A DNA stretch of 60,101 bases, counting the filler. It is 3 parts of 3 records of this genome, joined end to end, with 100 filler letters (N's around TTAATTAATTAA, not from the genome) between each part and the next. Parts side by side here need not be neighbours in the genome. Positions count along the whole stretch, not along the records: positions 1 to 29,790 come from DRR723986_7813; 2 more parts are not named here. The stretch is one strand, 5' to 3'. Position numbers and translations under genes: made by a program. Under the pieces are notes generated by a model. It did no database searches and had not been told where the DNA came from. It saw nothing but the letters and a program-made list of their open reading frames with translations. Positions within the stretch are counted from its first letter, which is position 1. Each line of letters opens with the position of its first letter. This document shows positions 1 through 10,900 of the stretch, piece by piece.

Positions 1-810
1 CTCAACTATGAAAGGCCCGTGAGGGCTTGCCGGTAAGACTTGCGGAAGACGCTGCCGAGCAGCGAAAGACCTTGGTCGATGGGTAAGGGGGTGCTTCTAC
101 GTTCGGCCCCCTGAAATGCACTGAGGGCGTCTGACGCTTTCAGTGTGAAACTATGCCGGCCCTGGCGGGCTGGACATACGACCAACGTTCCTCCCGATAG
201 ATCGGGATAGCGACGTGATCCGCAAGTAGATGGATAAGACTAACGCAGGAAGCTCTGCGGCTGCCGGAGTAGTTACCGGTGCCTGGAACTGTTTCTTAAG
301 TTGAAGCAGTGCGTCATCCAGGTGATTGAAAAGCCGTAGAGTGGGAGTGTGGCCTAAGTAGAAAGCCGAGTGGTTTGTGGGCGGGAGCTTGCGAACTTAC
401 TCGGGCGATGTTTCCTGCAAGGCAGTGGGAACTCGTTAGCGTCGTAACAGGTGGTGCTGACGGCAATGCTACGACGAAAGGGCTGACGGGTAGTATGAAA
501 TGCTACGAATGAACTGTGCTGAAAGCTGAGTGATTCTCAGTGCTTAGTCCTTGGAAGGGCTGCGGGCGGCTACAAGAGAACTGCATGGGAATGCTGTTGT
601 TTTGTGGCGGCGATCTGACGGCATACCCGTGGAGTGCGTCTGCACTCTACGGAGTATGACCGACGGTTTTTTGCTGGTGGGTTGTATGAATTAGCGAGGC
701 ACAATTCTTGAATGTAGTGCCGAGCAAATACTGCCGCCCCGATTGCAATCTGTTCGCCTGAAGGATGTAAGGCTTTTTGAGGAGTATGTGCCAGTGAACA
801 AATTCCTCAC
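1..810 (+). ncRNA. Candidate large structured non-coding RNA (GOLLD/ROOL-size class; family unassigned; 5' end may be truncated)
   Basis: No ORF >=60 aa in 1-690; back-to-back stems with G-U wobbles on + strand: 13-28 (GUGA loop), 118-146 (13 bp), 152-178, 281-323, 366-403 (GGGA loop), 490-506 (UGAAA loop), 622-658; long-range helices 670-675/723-728 and 564-570 (or 606-611) with 733-739. Confidence 0.65.
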
Positions 811-851
811 GCTACTGTTTAAATCTGCAAGGAGAGTGCTTGGGAGGGCCC

Positions 852-1511
852 ATGTACCGTGCGGTGGCCACATCTGTGGAAGGCTTCATTCAGCAAATTG
901 CCTGCTGCTATCTTCGCCATGGCTACTGGTTCTATGTTGTCGGGCGAGTGCCTGAGGGCAAGAACCCAGAGACAATCGATGACAAGCTAATCAGCAAATA
1001 CGGCATTGCTGTATCTGAATCCACGAGGGCGAGACGCAAGAAGGCGGGCAGGGCAAACCTGCAATACATTCGCCACGGGCGAACCTTTGTGATCTTAGCG
1101 ACCAAAGGCGAGCATCCGTTTTTCCTTGAAGAAGGGAAGTTAGTGCGTGACTTCAGGAGGAAAGCCCTTCGCTACGCTGGCTACTCCGTCACGTACAAGC
1201 CAGGCGGTAGAACCAAAGAAGGCAAGCGAGACCACAAATGGCATTCGCATGTCGAGATTGAGCGTGAGAAATACTTAGACCTCAGGGCTTGGTTTTCAGA
1301 GCGAGCACTTAGAGACTCACCCAACAAACTCGCCTTGGCGTTCTACGAACTCCCCGTTGCACCCTACGCCCCCGTGCGGCGGCAGCTACTCAAGTTGCTG
1401 AAAGAAGTGAACCGCGTTCGCAAACGAGCGGGCAAGAGCCAATTGCCCTACGAGATTCTTCCGCTGAGAAGACGGGTAGTGAAGCCTTTTGCGAGCCGAC
1501 CTGACGCCTAA
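852..1511 (+). CDS. Basic hypothetical protein (219 aa), unknown function
   Basis: ATG at 852 with GGGAGGG RBS at 842-848; Arg/Lys-rich (RARRKKAG, RVRKRAGK). Confidence 0.8.
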   Translation: MYRAVATSVEGFIQQIACCYLRHGYWFYVVGRVPEGKNPETIDDKLISKYGIAVSESTRARRKKAGRANLQYIRHGRTFVILATKGEHPFFLEEGKLVRDFRRKALRYAGYSVTYKPGGRTKEGKRDHKWHSHVEIEREKYLDLRAWFSERALRDSPNKLALAFYELPVAPYAPVRRQLLKLLKEVNRVRKRAGKSQLPYEILPLRRRVVKPFASRPDA

Positions 1512-1579
1512 GGTTACGCAAGCGTTCCGTTCTGATATCCTCTGAGTAGATTAGGCGGGACTAGAACGGCAGGAATCAA

Positions 1580-2488
1580 ATGGGCGACATCAAGCTATTC
1601 AAGACAAAAGCGGACGGTGTAGAGCAACTCGAGGGGAAATCAGTTGCTCTGGAGAAATCCCTCCAAGCCTTGTTTGAGAAGCATCTAGAGGCTTTTCTTG
1701 GGATTCGCTTTTTAGCAACTGAGTATTCAACGGGCAAAACCCATGGCGGGCGAATCGATACTTTGGGCATTGATGAGAACGGCTGCCCATGCATTATCGA
1801 ATACAAACGCTCCAGCAACGAGAATGTCATTAACCAGGGCTTGTTCTATCTCGATTGGCTTTTGGACCACAAAGCAGAGTTTGAGCTCTTGGTACTCAAG
1901 ACATTCGGCCAAGACGTTGCGGATTCAATCGAGTGGTCGAGCCCGCGGCTACTCTGCATTGCTGGCGACTTTACGAAGTATGACAGCCATGCCGTTCAGC
2001 AAATCAACCGCAATATTGAGCTGCTTAAGTACTCACGATACGGCGATGAATTGTTGATGTTGGACTTGGTCAACGCCGTTCAAGCCTCTAGCACAGAGTC
2101 AACGACTTCTAGCGGTGGAAGTAAAAGCAAAGACAAGTCAGTCAGCGAACAGCTCAAGGCCGCTAGCCCTGAACTGACTGACCTATATGAATCCCTCAAG
2201 GCGACGTGTTTAGGTTTTGGGGATGATGTCCAAGAGAAGGTACTCAAGCTCTACGTAGCGTTTAAAAGACTCAAGAATTTTGCCAGCGTCGAAGTGAAAG
2301 CTGGTGCGAACTCCCTCGTGGTCTACGTAAAAGTCGATCCTGATTCGATAACACTCGAGGAAGGATTCACTAGAGACGTTCGCGAAATTGGTCACTGGGG
2401 AACTGGCGATCTCTCTATTTCAATCGCGAGCCAGTCCGACCTTGAAAAGGCAGCTCCTCTTCTTCAAAAGAGCTACGAAGCGTCATAG
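1580..2488 (+). CDS. NucS/EndoMS-like PD-(D/E)XK nuclease domain fused to DUF5655-like domain
   Basis: E...RIDTLG...IIEYK nuclease motif; C-terminal YVAFK...RDVREIGHWGTGD signature. Confidence 0.75.
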   Translation: MGDIKLFKTKADGVEQLEGKSVALEKSLQALFEKHLEAFLGIRFLATEYSTGKTHGGRIDTLGIDENGCPCIIEYKRSSNENVINQGLFYLDWLLDHKAEFELLVLKTFGQDVADSIEWSSPRLLCIAGDFTKYDSHAVQQINRNIELLKYSRYGDELLMLDLVNAVQASSTESTTSSGGSKSKDKSVSEQLKAASPELTDLYESLKATCLGFGDDVQEKVLKLYVAFKRLKNFASVEVKAGANSLVVYVKVDPDSITLEEGFTRDVREIGHWGTGDLSISIASQSDLEKAAPLLQKSYEAS

Positions 2489-2617
2489 CCTCTCTGGCTA
2501 GCCAAGCTTTTTCTCTTAGCGTGGCCTTTCTTTCTCAAGGCAAACTACCGATTGCCCTTTGGTCAGCGTTTGGTAAGGTTTGAGCCTCGCAGTTCTTTTG
2601 GGTGGGAGCCAATCGCC

Positions 2618-2839
2618 ATGATGCAAAACAAGGGATTTGTAACGGTCAAAGAAGCAGCCAGGCTGCTTGATGTCGTTCCCAACACCGTGAGGGCCTGGGG
2701 AGCGGCAGGGAAAATTGTGGAACACCGTCACCCGGTCAACAACTATCGGCTTTATGCCAAAGATGAGATTGAAGCACTTGTTGCTCAAATCATGGAGCCA
2801 GTCTCGGTTTCTAAGAAAGCCCCGCGGAAAGCAAAGTAG
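2618..2839 (+). CDS. MerR/excisionase-type HTH DNA-binding protein preceding the R-M operon
   Basis: TVKEAARLLDVVPNTVRAW...HPVNNYRLY; GGAG RBS upstream of ATG 2618. Confidence 0.8.
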   Translation: MMQNKGFVTVKEAARLLDVVPNTVRAWGAAGKIVEHRHPVNNYRLYAKDEIEALVAQIMEPVSVSKKAPRKAK

Positions 2840-2851
2840 TTCAGGACGGTT

Positions 2852-4660
2852 ATGAGCAAGGAAAACCTCTCTTCATTTATTTGGTCTGTCGCAGATTTGC
2901 TGCGGGGAGACTACAAGCAATCGGAATACGGCAAAGTAATCTTGCCATTCACGGTGCTGCGTCGTCTCGATTGTGTACTGGAGCCAACCAAGAAAGCAGT
3001 GCTTGCCGAGAAGGAAAAACGAGAGGCGGCTGGCGTTAATCCCGAGCCATTCTTGCTGAAGAAATCTGGAGCTTTCTTCTTCAATACCTTCTCGCGTGAT
3101 TTAACGGCCATCGCCGGTGACCAGGACAACATCAGAGAGAACCTCTTTTCCTATGTCCAAGCGTTCTCTTCTGAAGTGAGAGACATCTTTGAGTGCTTTG
3201 ACTTCCACACCCAGATTGAGCGTCTATCGAAAGCGGGCTTGCTTTATCTCGTCACTGAGAAATTTGTAAACATCGATCTGCATCCTGATGCGGTCAGCAA
3301 TGCCCAGATGGGCCTGGTGTTTGAAGAGTTGATTCGCAAGTTTGCTGAACTCTCGAATGAAACGGCTGGGGAACACTTTACCCCGCGTGAAGTCATCAAA
3401 CTGATGGTGAACCTCTTGTTCATTGAGGACGATGAAGCTCTGACAAAGCCCGGAATCGTTCGCTCGCTCTACGACCCTACGGCTGGAACTGGCGGGATGC
3501 TTTCCGTAGCTGACGAGCACTTAAGCGGCCACAACCCGGATGCTCGGCTCGTCATGTATGGCCAAGAGCTCAACGATGAGTCCTACGCAATCTGTAAAGC
3601 AGACATGCTCATTAAGGGCCAAGATGTAAGCAACATCATTAACGGCAACACGCTATCCGAGGACGGTCTTCCAGATAAGAAATTTGATTACATGCTTTCC
3701 AATCCTCCATTTGGAGTGGAATGGAAGAAAATTCAAAAGGATGTAAAGAAAGAGCACGAGCAAGAGGGCTTCAATGGGCGATTCGGCCCAGGCTTACCTC
3801 GCGTGAGCGACGGTTCACTACTCTTCCTGATGCACCTGATCTCCAAAATGCGACCGACCAAGGATGGAGGCAGTCGCTTTGGCATTGTTCTTAACGGCTC
3901 GCCGCTATTCACGGGAAGTGCGGGCTCAGGAGAATCCGAGATTCGTCGATACGTATTGGAGAACGATTTACTGGAAGCCATCATCGGCCTGCCTACCGAC
4001 ATGTTCTATAACACCGGCATCAGCACCTACATCTGGATCGTAACCAACCGCAAGCCACCGGAAAGAAAGGGCAAGGTGCAGCTAATCGATGCCGGCGAGA
4101 TGTGGCAAAAGATGCGAAAGAGTCTCGGAAGCAAACGCAAGGAATTGAGGGACGACCACATTGCAGAAATTACACGCCTGTTCGGCGAAGCCAAAGAAGT
4201 CTACGTCGATCCCGAAACTGGCAAGAAAGTGAGCAGCAAGGTAATTGCCACAGGCAAAGCACCATCTGGCCAACCACCAACACCCATTAGCCGCATCTTC
4301 AAGACGACCGACTTTGGCTACCAAACGATCACGGTCGAAAGACCGCTGTTGGATGAAGACGGTCAGCCGCAGCTTGAAACGCGAGGCAAAAAGAAAGGCA
4401 AGCCTAAGCCTGACTCGAAACTGCGAGACACCGAAGAAGTTCCGCTGGGCGAAGACATCTACGAGTATTTCCAGCGAGAGGTCGAGCCACACGTTCCCGA
4501 CGCATGGATCGATGAGGACAAGACGAAGATCGGCTACGAGATCCCGTTCAACCGTCATTTCTATGTGTTCAAACCGCCCCGCGAGTTGGATGAGATCGAC
4601 ACGGAATTGAAAGGGGTCACTGACGCAATCGTCAACATGATCGGAGAGCTTTCGCAATGA
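2852..4660 (+). CDS. hsdM: Type I restriction-modification methyltransferase subunit M
   Basis: [14 protein letters not shown]-terminus, [10 protein letters not shown] (SAM binding), NPPF (N6-adenine catalytic motif). Confidence 0.97.
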   Translation: MSKENLSSFIWSVADLLRGDYKQSEYGKVILPFTVLRRLDCVLEPTKKAVLAEKEKREAAGVNPEPFLLKKSGAFFFNTFSRDLTAIAGDQDNIRENLFSYVQAFSSEVRDIFECFDFHTQIERLSKAGLLYLVTEKFVNIDLHPDAVSNAQMGLVFEELIRKFAELSNETAGEHFTPREVIKLMVNLLFIEDDEALTKPGIVRSLYDPTAGTGGMLSVADEHLSGHNPDARLVMYGQELNDESYAICKADMLIKGQDVSNIINGNTLSEDGLPDKKFDYMLSNPPFGVEWKKIQKDVKKEHEQEGFNGRFGPGLPRVSDGSLLFLMHLISKMRPTKDGGSRFGIVLNGSPLFTGSAGSGESEIRRYVLENDLLEAIIGLPTDMFYNTGISTYIWIVTNRKPPERKGKVQLIDAGEMWQKMRKSLGSKRKELRDDHIAEITRLFGEAKEVYVDPETGKKVSSKVIATGKAPSGQPPTPISRIFKTTDFGYQTITVERPLLDEDGQPQLETRGKKKGKPKPDSKLRDTEEVPLGEDIYEYFQREVEPHVPDAWIDEDKTKIGYEIPFNRHFYVFKPPRELDEIDTELKGVTDAIVNMIGELSQ

Positions 4661-5970
4661 GTCTCGTCGTTCATTTGGAGAAAGTTGAAAGCGGAATCGA
4701 TTGGCTTGGCGAAATACCGGTTGATTGGGAGGTCATGCGTCTTCGCCATGTCGCTGAACTAAATCCGTCGAAGTCCGAAGTAGCCGAAGTTGATCGAGAT
4801 CAACACGTTTCTTTCTTACCGATGGAGGCAATTGGAGACGACGGCACGATTGAACTTGAGAAGTCACGACCGATTGGAGCAGTCGAGAGTGGTTACACGT
4901 ACTTTCGCGACGGCGACGTAACTCTTGCGAAGATCACTCCGTGCTTCGAGAACGGCAAAGGTGCGATCATGCGTGACTTACTCAATGGAATCGGGTTTGG
5001 CACAACGGAGTTAATCGTCGCGCGTCCGCGAGAAGAGCGAATCACAGGCGAGTACCTCAATTGGCTTTTTAGATCGACATACTTCCGCAAGTTGGGTGAA
5101 GGCTCGATGTACGGAGCAGGCGGACAGAAGCGAGTTCCCGATGATTTTGTCCGTAACTTTGAAATCGCGATCCCACCGCTCAACGAGCAAAAGGCGATCT
5201 CGTCGTTCCTCGATGTGGAAACATCGAAGATCGACGCTTTGGTATCGGAGCAGCGTCGTTTGATCGAGTTACTGAAGGAAAAGCGTCAGGCGGTCATCAG
5301 TCACGCGGTCACCAAAGGCCTGAACCCGAACGCCCCACTAAAACCCTCCGGCATCCAATGGCTCGGCGATATCCCAGAGCATTGGGATGTGAAATCAGTC
5401 CGTTACGCCTGTGATGTTCACAACACCTTAAGGACGCCAATCGACAGGCAGACGAGATTAAACATAGCAGGTGACTTTCCGTACTACGGTCCAACCGGCG
5501 TGCTTTCGTGGATCAACAAGTACGTTGTTGATGGCGAGTACTTTCTGCTCGGAGAAGATGGTGACCACTTTTTGAAGTACCGGACTCAGTCGATGACGGT
5601 CAATGTTGAAGGGCAATTCAACGTTAACAATCACGCGCACCTGATTCGGGGCAAAGGCAACTGCTCAACGAAGTGGGCTTCCCTTTACTTCGAGCATAAA
5701 GACGTGAGCCCGTGGCTCATCAAGCAGGGTGTTGGACGAATGAAGCTGCGGAAGGAAAAGCTGCTCACGATTCCAATTCTTGTGCCACCACCGGCTGAGC
5801 AAATGGAGCTACTTGCCGAAGCCGATCGAATGAGAGAGACCACGAGGTCGCTCATCGCGGAAGCTGAACGAGCCATCGAGCTTTTCCAAGAACGCCGCAC
5901 CGCCCTCATCTCCGCAGCCGTCACCGGCAAGATCGACGTCCGGAACTTTGCCAGACAGGAGGTCTCATGA
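4657..5970 (+). CDS. hsdS: Type I R-M specificity subunit S
   Basis: Two TRDs with conserved WLG(E/D)IP..W, PPLNEQ/PPPAEQ and [17 protein letters not shown] overlap with hsdM. Confidence 0.95.
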   Translation: MSLVVHLEKVESGIDWLGEIPVDWEVMRLRHVAELNPSKSEVAEVDRDQHVSFLPMEAIGDDGTIELEKSRPIGAVESGYTYFRDGDVTLAKITPCFENGKGAIMRDLLNGIGFGTTELIVARPREERITGEYLNWLFRSTYFRKLGEGSMYGAGGQKRVPDDFVRNFEIAIPPLNEQKAISSFLDVETSKIDALVSEQRRLIELLKEKRQAVISHAVTKGLNPNAPLKPSGIQWLGDIPEHWDVKSVRYACDVHNTLRTPIDRQTRLNIAGDFPYYGPTGVLSWINKYVVDGEYFLLGEDGDHFLKYRTQSMTVNVEGQFNVNNHAHLIRGKGNCSTKWASLYFEHKDVSPWLIKQGVGRMKLRKEKLLTIPILVPPPAEQMELLAEADRMRETTRSLIAEAERAIELFQERRTALISAAVTGKIDVRNFARQEVS

Positions 5971-7661
5971 GTATTGAGGAAGAGCAGAATAAGCGACTCG
6001 AGGCTCTCGTCAAAGACAAGGAAGGGGAAGTACTCGAATTTAAGAAGGCTACGAATCGGTATGATTTTGAAGAGTTGGCTCGCTACTGCTCGGCTTTAGC
6101 CAATGAGGGAGGAGGGAAAATACTCCTTGGCGTATCGGACGAGCGACCAAGGCAAATTCTCGGCTCAAAAGCCTTCGACCAGCCTGAGCGTACTAGGAAA
6201 GGCCTTTGTGAAAGAATTCCTTTAGCAATTGATTTTGAGGAGGTTTACCACCCGGACTGCTCTGCTGATTCGCGAGTACTGATTTTTGAAGTTCCATCTC
6301 GTCCCGTTGGTATTCCGATTAAATACGACGGACGTTACTGGATGCGAAAGGAGGATAGTCTTGTCGAAATGTCGGAAGAACGGCTGCGGGCAATTTTCGA
6401 TGAGAGCGGACACGACTTTACATCAGATACAGTTGCTGGACTCACGATCGCAGCTCTTGAGGAATCCTCCATTGAGACTTTTAGAGAACGATGGATTTCG
6501 AAGGCAACTAAGGCAGAAGATAGTGAACTTGCGGAGCGTTTGCGGTCTCTGGATCAAATGCAGCTTTTAGAGGATGCAGAGGCAATTGTAGGAGGCTCTC
6601 TTACTTATGCAGCTCTCATTCTATTTGGAAAAAGGCAAACACTAAGCAAGCATCTCGCGGCAGCCGAAATCGTCTTTGAGTATCGCTCAAGTGATGCTTC
6701 TGGACCGGCACAAGACCGGAAGGAGTTCCGCGAGGGTTTCTTTGGCTTCTACGACGCTATATGGAAACAGGTTAATCTGCGAAATGACAAACAAGATTTT
6801 CAGGAAGGGCTCTTCGTTGCTCCCATTTCGACTTTTGCGGAACGTGCTGTCCGTGAAGCCATTCTCAACGCGGTGAGCCATCGGAACTATCAGTTGAACG
6901 GGAGTATCTTCGTTCGCCAGTATCCAAGACGGTTGGAGATTGATAGTCCAGGAGGGCTACCTCACGGAATCACGTTGGAAAATATTCTCGACAGGCAGAA
7001 TCCACGAAATCGACGTTTGGCTGAAATCCTAACCCGTTGTGGTCTGGTCGAAAGGTCAGGGCAAGGGATGAATTTGATCTTTGAAGAACAGATTAAACAA
7101 AGCAAGCCAGCTCCTGACTTTGATAGGACAGATCAATATCAAGTTGGTCTTACCTTGCACGGTACCGTTCAAGACCCTGCCTTTGTTCGCTTTGTGGAAA
7201 AGGTCTCCAATGAGGCAACAACTTATTTCAATACTCATGATTGGCTACTGATGTCTGCAGCCGCCAGGGGCGAGAAGTTACCGAGGGGTTTTGAAAAGAG
7301 TATTGCTCGTTTGGTTGATGTCGGAATTCTGGAACGTGGCAAAGGTCGAACACATATCCTCTCTCGGCGATTCTATGAGTTCGTTGGAGAGACGGGTGCG
7401 TACACTCGTAAGAAGGGCCTAGATAGAGAGCACAACTTGGCTCTGTTGAAGAAGCATATTGACGAAAATGCTGCGGTTGGCTCAAAGCTGGATGAGCTCT
7501 GCCAAGTGATTCCCTCGCTACCTCGCACGCACGTTCAATCGCTATTACAGACTCTAAAGCGTAGGGACCTAGCCCATCCAGTTGGGCAACGCCGTGCAGG
7601 CGTTTGGTATCCAGGCCCTGCAGGGCAGGATAACGAGGAGGACGAGAGCAGTGACGCATAA
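5967..7661 (+). CDS. Schlafen/AlbA_2 domain + HATPase_c_4 + wHTH protein inserted in the R-M operon
   Basis: EGEVLEFK...SALANEGGG.ILLGVSD; REAILNAVSHRNY, SPGGLP, RNRRLA, VERSGQG. Confidence 0.85.
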   Translation: MSIEEEQNKRLEALVKDKEGEVLEFKKATNRYDFEELARYCSALANEGGGKILLGVSDERPRQILGSKAFDQPERTRKGLCERIPLAIDFEEVYHPDCSADSRVLIFEVPSRPVGIPIKYDGRYWMRKEDSLVEMSEERLRAIFDESGHDFTSDTVAGLTIAALEESSIETFRERWISKATKAEDSELAERLRSLDQMQLLEDAEAIVGGSLTYAALILFGKRQTLSKHLAAAEIVFEYRSSDASGPAQDRKEFREGFFGFYDAIWKQVNLRNDKQDFQEGLFVAPISTFAERAVREAILNAVSHRNYQLNGSIFVRQYPRRLEIDSPGGLPHGITLENILDRQNPRNRRLAEILTRCGLVERSGQGMNLIFEEQIKQSKPAPDFDRTDQYQVGLTLHGTVQDPAFVRFVEKVSNEATTYFNTHDWLLMSAAARGEKLPRGFEKSIARLVDVGILERGKGRTHILSRRFYEFVGETGAYTRKKGLDREHNLALLKKHIDENAAVGSKLDELCQVIPSLPRTHVQSLLQTLKRRDLAHPVGQRRAGVWYPGPAGQDNEEDESSDA

Positions 7662-7781
7662 CGACGCAAAAAAGGAATCAGAAACCAGGCAACTCTCCGA
7701 CCAAAAGTCCCGTATTTATAAAGACTTATGGCGAATAAGTCAGGTTGGCGATGACGCAAAAAAACGCCTTTCGACGCATAA
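7653..7781 (+). repeat. Four GACGCAWAA direct repeats around an AAGTC...GACTT inverted repeat
   Basis: Copies at 7653, 7663, 7753, 7773. Confidence 0.55.
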
Positions 7782-7917
7782 TCTGGCCGCCAAGAATTGT
7801 GGCCCAAAATGGTCAATTTTTGGTCCACAGTCCCCTTTTTGGCCCGTGAGTCGTCCACAAACTGCGATTCGGCGAACGCAGCAGGATATTCAGTTTCAGT
7901 GATTTGATGGCGGACTA

Positions 7918-10900
7918 ATGGCAATTCACAACGAAATCAAGTTTGAAGACGAAATCTGCGATTACCTGTCCTCGCAGGGTTGGAATTATGCCAAAGGTGA
8001 TGCGGACAAATACGATCGAGAGCTTGCTCTATTTCCTGAAGATGTTGTTCAGTGGGTAAAGGGCAGTTTGCCTGATGCCTGGGAGGCACTCGAGAAAAAT
8101 CACGGTGCGTCGGCTCAGCAAACGCTCTTAAAGAGATTGCGGGATTGCCTCAATCAAGGAGGAGCACTCGAAGTCCTCAGAAACGGATTTGATGTGCTTG
8201 GCCTCCGTAGCAAACTTAAGATGGCTCAATTTAAGCCAGCTCTTCCAACTGAAGAGATTGTCGAACGCTACGAGCAAAACATCCTTCGAGTCGTGAGACA
8301 GGTTCACTATTCAGTTCACAACGAACTGAACATTGACCTGGTGCTTTTCTTGAATGGAATTCCGGTTGCTACAGTCGAACTAAAAACTGACTTCACTCAA
8401 AGCATCGATGATGCAGTGGATCAGTATCGCTTTGATCGGCTTCCGATCCAAAAAGGAAAAGGTCCAGAGCCACTTTTGCAATTTGCTTCCGGTGCATTGG
8501 TGCACTTCGCAGTTAGTAGCAGCGAAGTGATGATGACGACGAAGCTGGCGGGGCCAGCTACGGTCTTCCTTCCCTTCAACCAAGGGAGCAATGGCCCAGG
8601 CAACGATGGCTCCAAAGGGAACCCGCAGAATCCAGAGGGTCATAAGACGTCGTATCTCTGGGAAAAAGTTTGGCAGCGAGATAGTTGGCTGGACATCCTC
8701 GGGCGATACATGCTTGCAGAGCGTGACTCGAAGAAGAACATCAAGACGATAGTCTTCCCGCGTTTCCATCAGCTCGATGTCACCCGTGAATTAGTCAGCA
8801 CCGTTTTAGATGAAGGGCCAGGTAGGAAATACCTAGTCCAACACTCTGCCGGCTCAGGTAAAACAAAATCGATCGCATGGACTGCTCACTTCCTCGCAGA
8901 CCTTCACGAACCGAAGACCGGCGAAAAGGTTTTTCAGTCCGTCATTGTCGTATCAGATAGAAACGTCATCGATGGCCAGCTCCAAGATGCCATCTTTGAG
9001 ATGGAACGTAATAAGGGTGTTGTGGCGACAATCAAGGGCCGTTCTGGCAGCAAGAGCGGAGAACTTGCAGAAGCCCTGGCAGGGAATAAGAAAATAGTTG
9101 TCTGCACCATCCAGACTTTTCCCTTTGCAATGGAGGAAGTCAGCCGACTATCTGCGACTGAGGGTAAGAAGTTCGCAGTTATCGCAGACGAAGCCCATAG
9201 TTCTCAAACCGGGCGGGCTGCCACCAAGCTGAAGCAGATGCTCACCGTCGAGGAGCAAGAAGACCTAGAAGACGGTGGGACAATCAGCACTGAGGATTTG
9301 CTCGCCGTTCAGATGTCTTCCCGTGCATCTGACGCTGGAGTGACTTACGTCGCCTTTACCGCAACGCCAAAAGAAAAGACGCTTGAGAACTTTGGAAGAC
9401 TTCCAGACCCAACAAAGCCACGCGGAAAAGACAACCTGCCGGAACCATTTCATGTTTACTCGATGCAACAAGCCATCGAGGAGGGATTCATTCTCGATGT
9501 TCTCAAGAACTACACTTCTTACAAGTTAGCGTTTCGGCTGGCCAATGATGGCAAGGAATGGACAGACGATGAAGTTGAGACCAGCGAAGCCAAAGCAGGC
9601 TTGATGAGATGGGTACGTCTACACCCATATAACATCGCTCAGAAGGTTCAGATTGTCGTCGAACACTTTCGAGAGCAGGTTGCTCCGCTTCTCGAAGGTC
9701 GAGCAAAGGCCATGGTTGTGACTAGCAGCCGTAAAGAAGCAGTTCGATGGCAGGTGGCCATCAATAAATACATCAAGGACTCAGGCTATCCGCTGAAGAC
9801 GCTTGTCGCCTTCTCCGGGGAAGTTAATGACAAAGAATCTGGCCCAGACCCATTCAAAGAAACAAGCTCAGACTTGAATCCAGATTTGAAAGGCCGTGAT
9901 ATTCGCGAGGCTTTCAAAGGTGACGAATACCAAATCCTTCTGGTCGCCAACAAATTCCAGACTGGGTTCGACCAGCCATTACTTTGCGGCATGTATGTCG
10001 ATAAGAAACTAAAGGGGATTCACACCGTTCAGACACTATCTCGCCTTAACCGTTGCTATCCCGGCAAGGAGGATACGTACGTCCTCGATTTTGTGAATGA
10101 GCCCGCTGATATCCTACTCGAATTCAAAAAGTACTTCACAACTGCTTCACTCGAGGATGTTACCGATCGCAATATCGTTCTGGATCTTCGAACAAAGCTT
10201 GATCAAGCAGGGCACTATGACGAGCCTGAGATTGAACGAGTTGTAGCAATTGAGTTGAATCCGAACTCAAAACAAAAGCAGCTAGAGGCTGCGATTGCTC
10301 CAGTAGCAGATAGATTGCTTAAGAAATTCGAATCGGCGAAAGCAGCACTAAAGGAAGCCAAGGCCAACGAAGATAAGAAAGCAGAAAGTGAAGCCAAGGA
10401 CGAAATGAATGCGTTGCTCTTGTTCAAGGCAGACCTCTCAACGTACCAGCGAGCATATACCTTCCTATCCCAGATATTCGATTACGCGAATACCGACCTC
10501 GAGAAGCGAAGCATTTTCTACCGTTACTTGATTCCTCTGCTCAAGTTCGGACGAGAACGGCAAGGTGTTGATTTGTCTCAAGTGAAGCTGACTCACTACA
10601 AGCTTCGCAATCGAGGCAAGCAACCGATGCCACTGAAGGACAAGGAGTATCCAACAATTCCACCAATAACAGCGGCGGGAACCGGTTCGGTCCGTGAAGA
10701 GAAGAAGGCCTACCTCTCTGAAATCATTGAACAGCTAAACGAGTTGTTCGAGGGCGACTTAACCGACGATGACAAACTGATTTACGTGAACAATGTCATC
10801 AAAGGTAAGTTACTAGAGTCCGACACGCTTCGGCAGCAAGCCAAGAGCAACTCAAAAGAGCAGTTCGCCAACTCACCAGACTTAAGCACCGAGATCATGA

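Noticed and set aside
325-365. AAGCCGTAG as group II intron domain V
   Set aside because: The complementary ACGGTT-type 3' arm, domain VI and any RT/maturase ORF are missing
691-955. Short ORFs 691-873(-) and 743-955(+)
   Set aside because: No recognisable motifs; overlap the structured region and the better-supported 852-1511 gene
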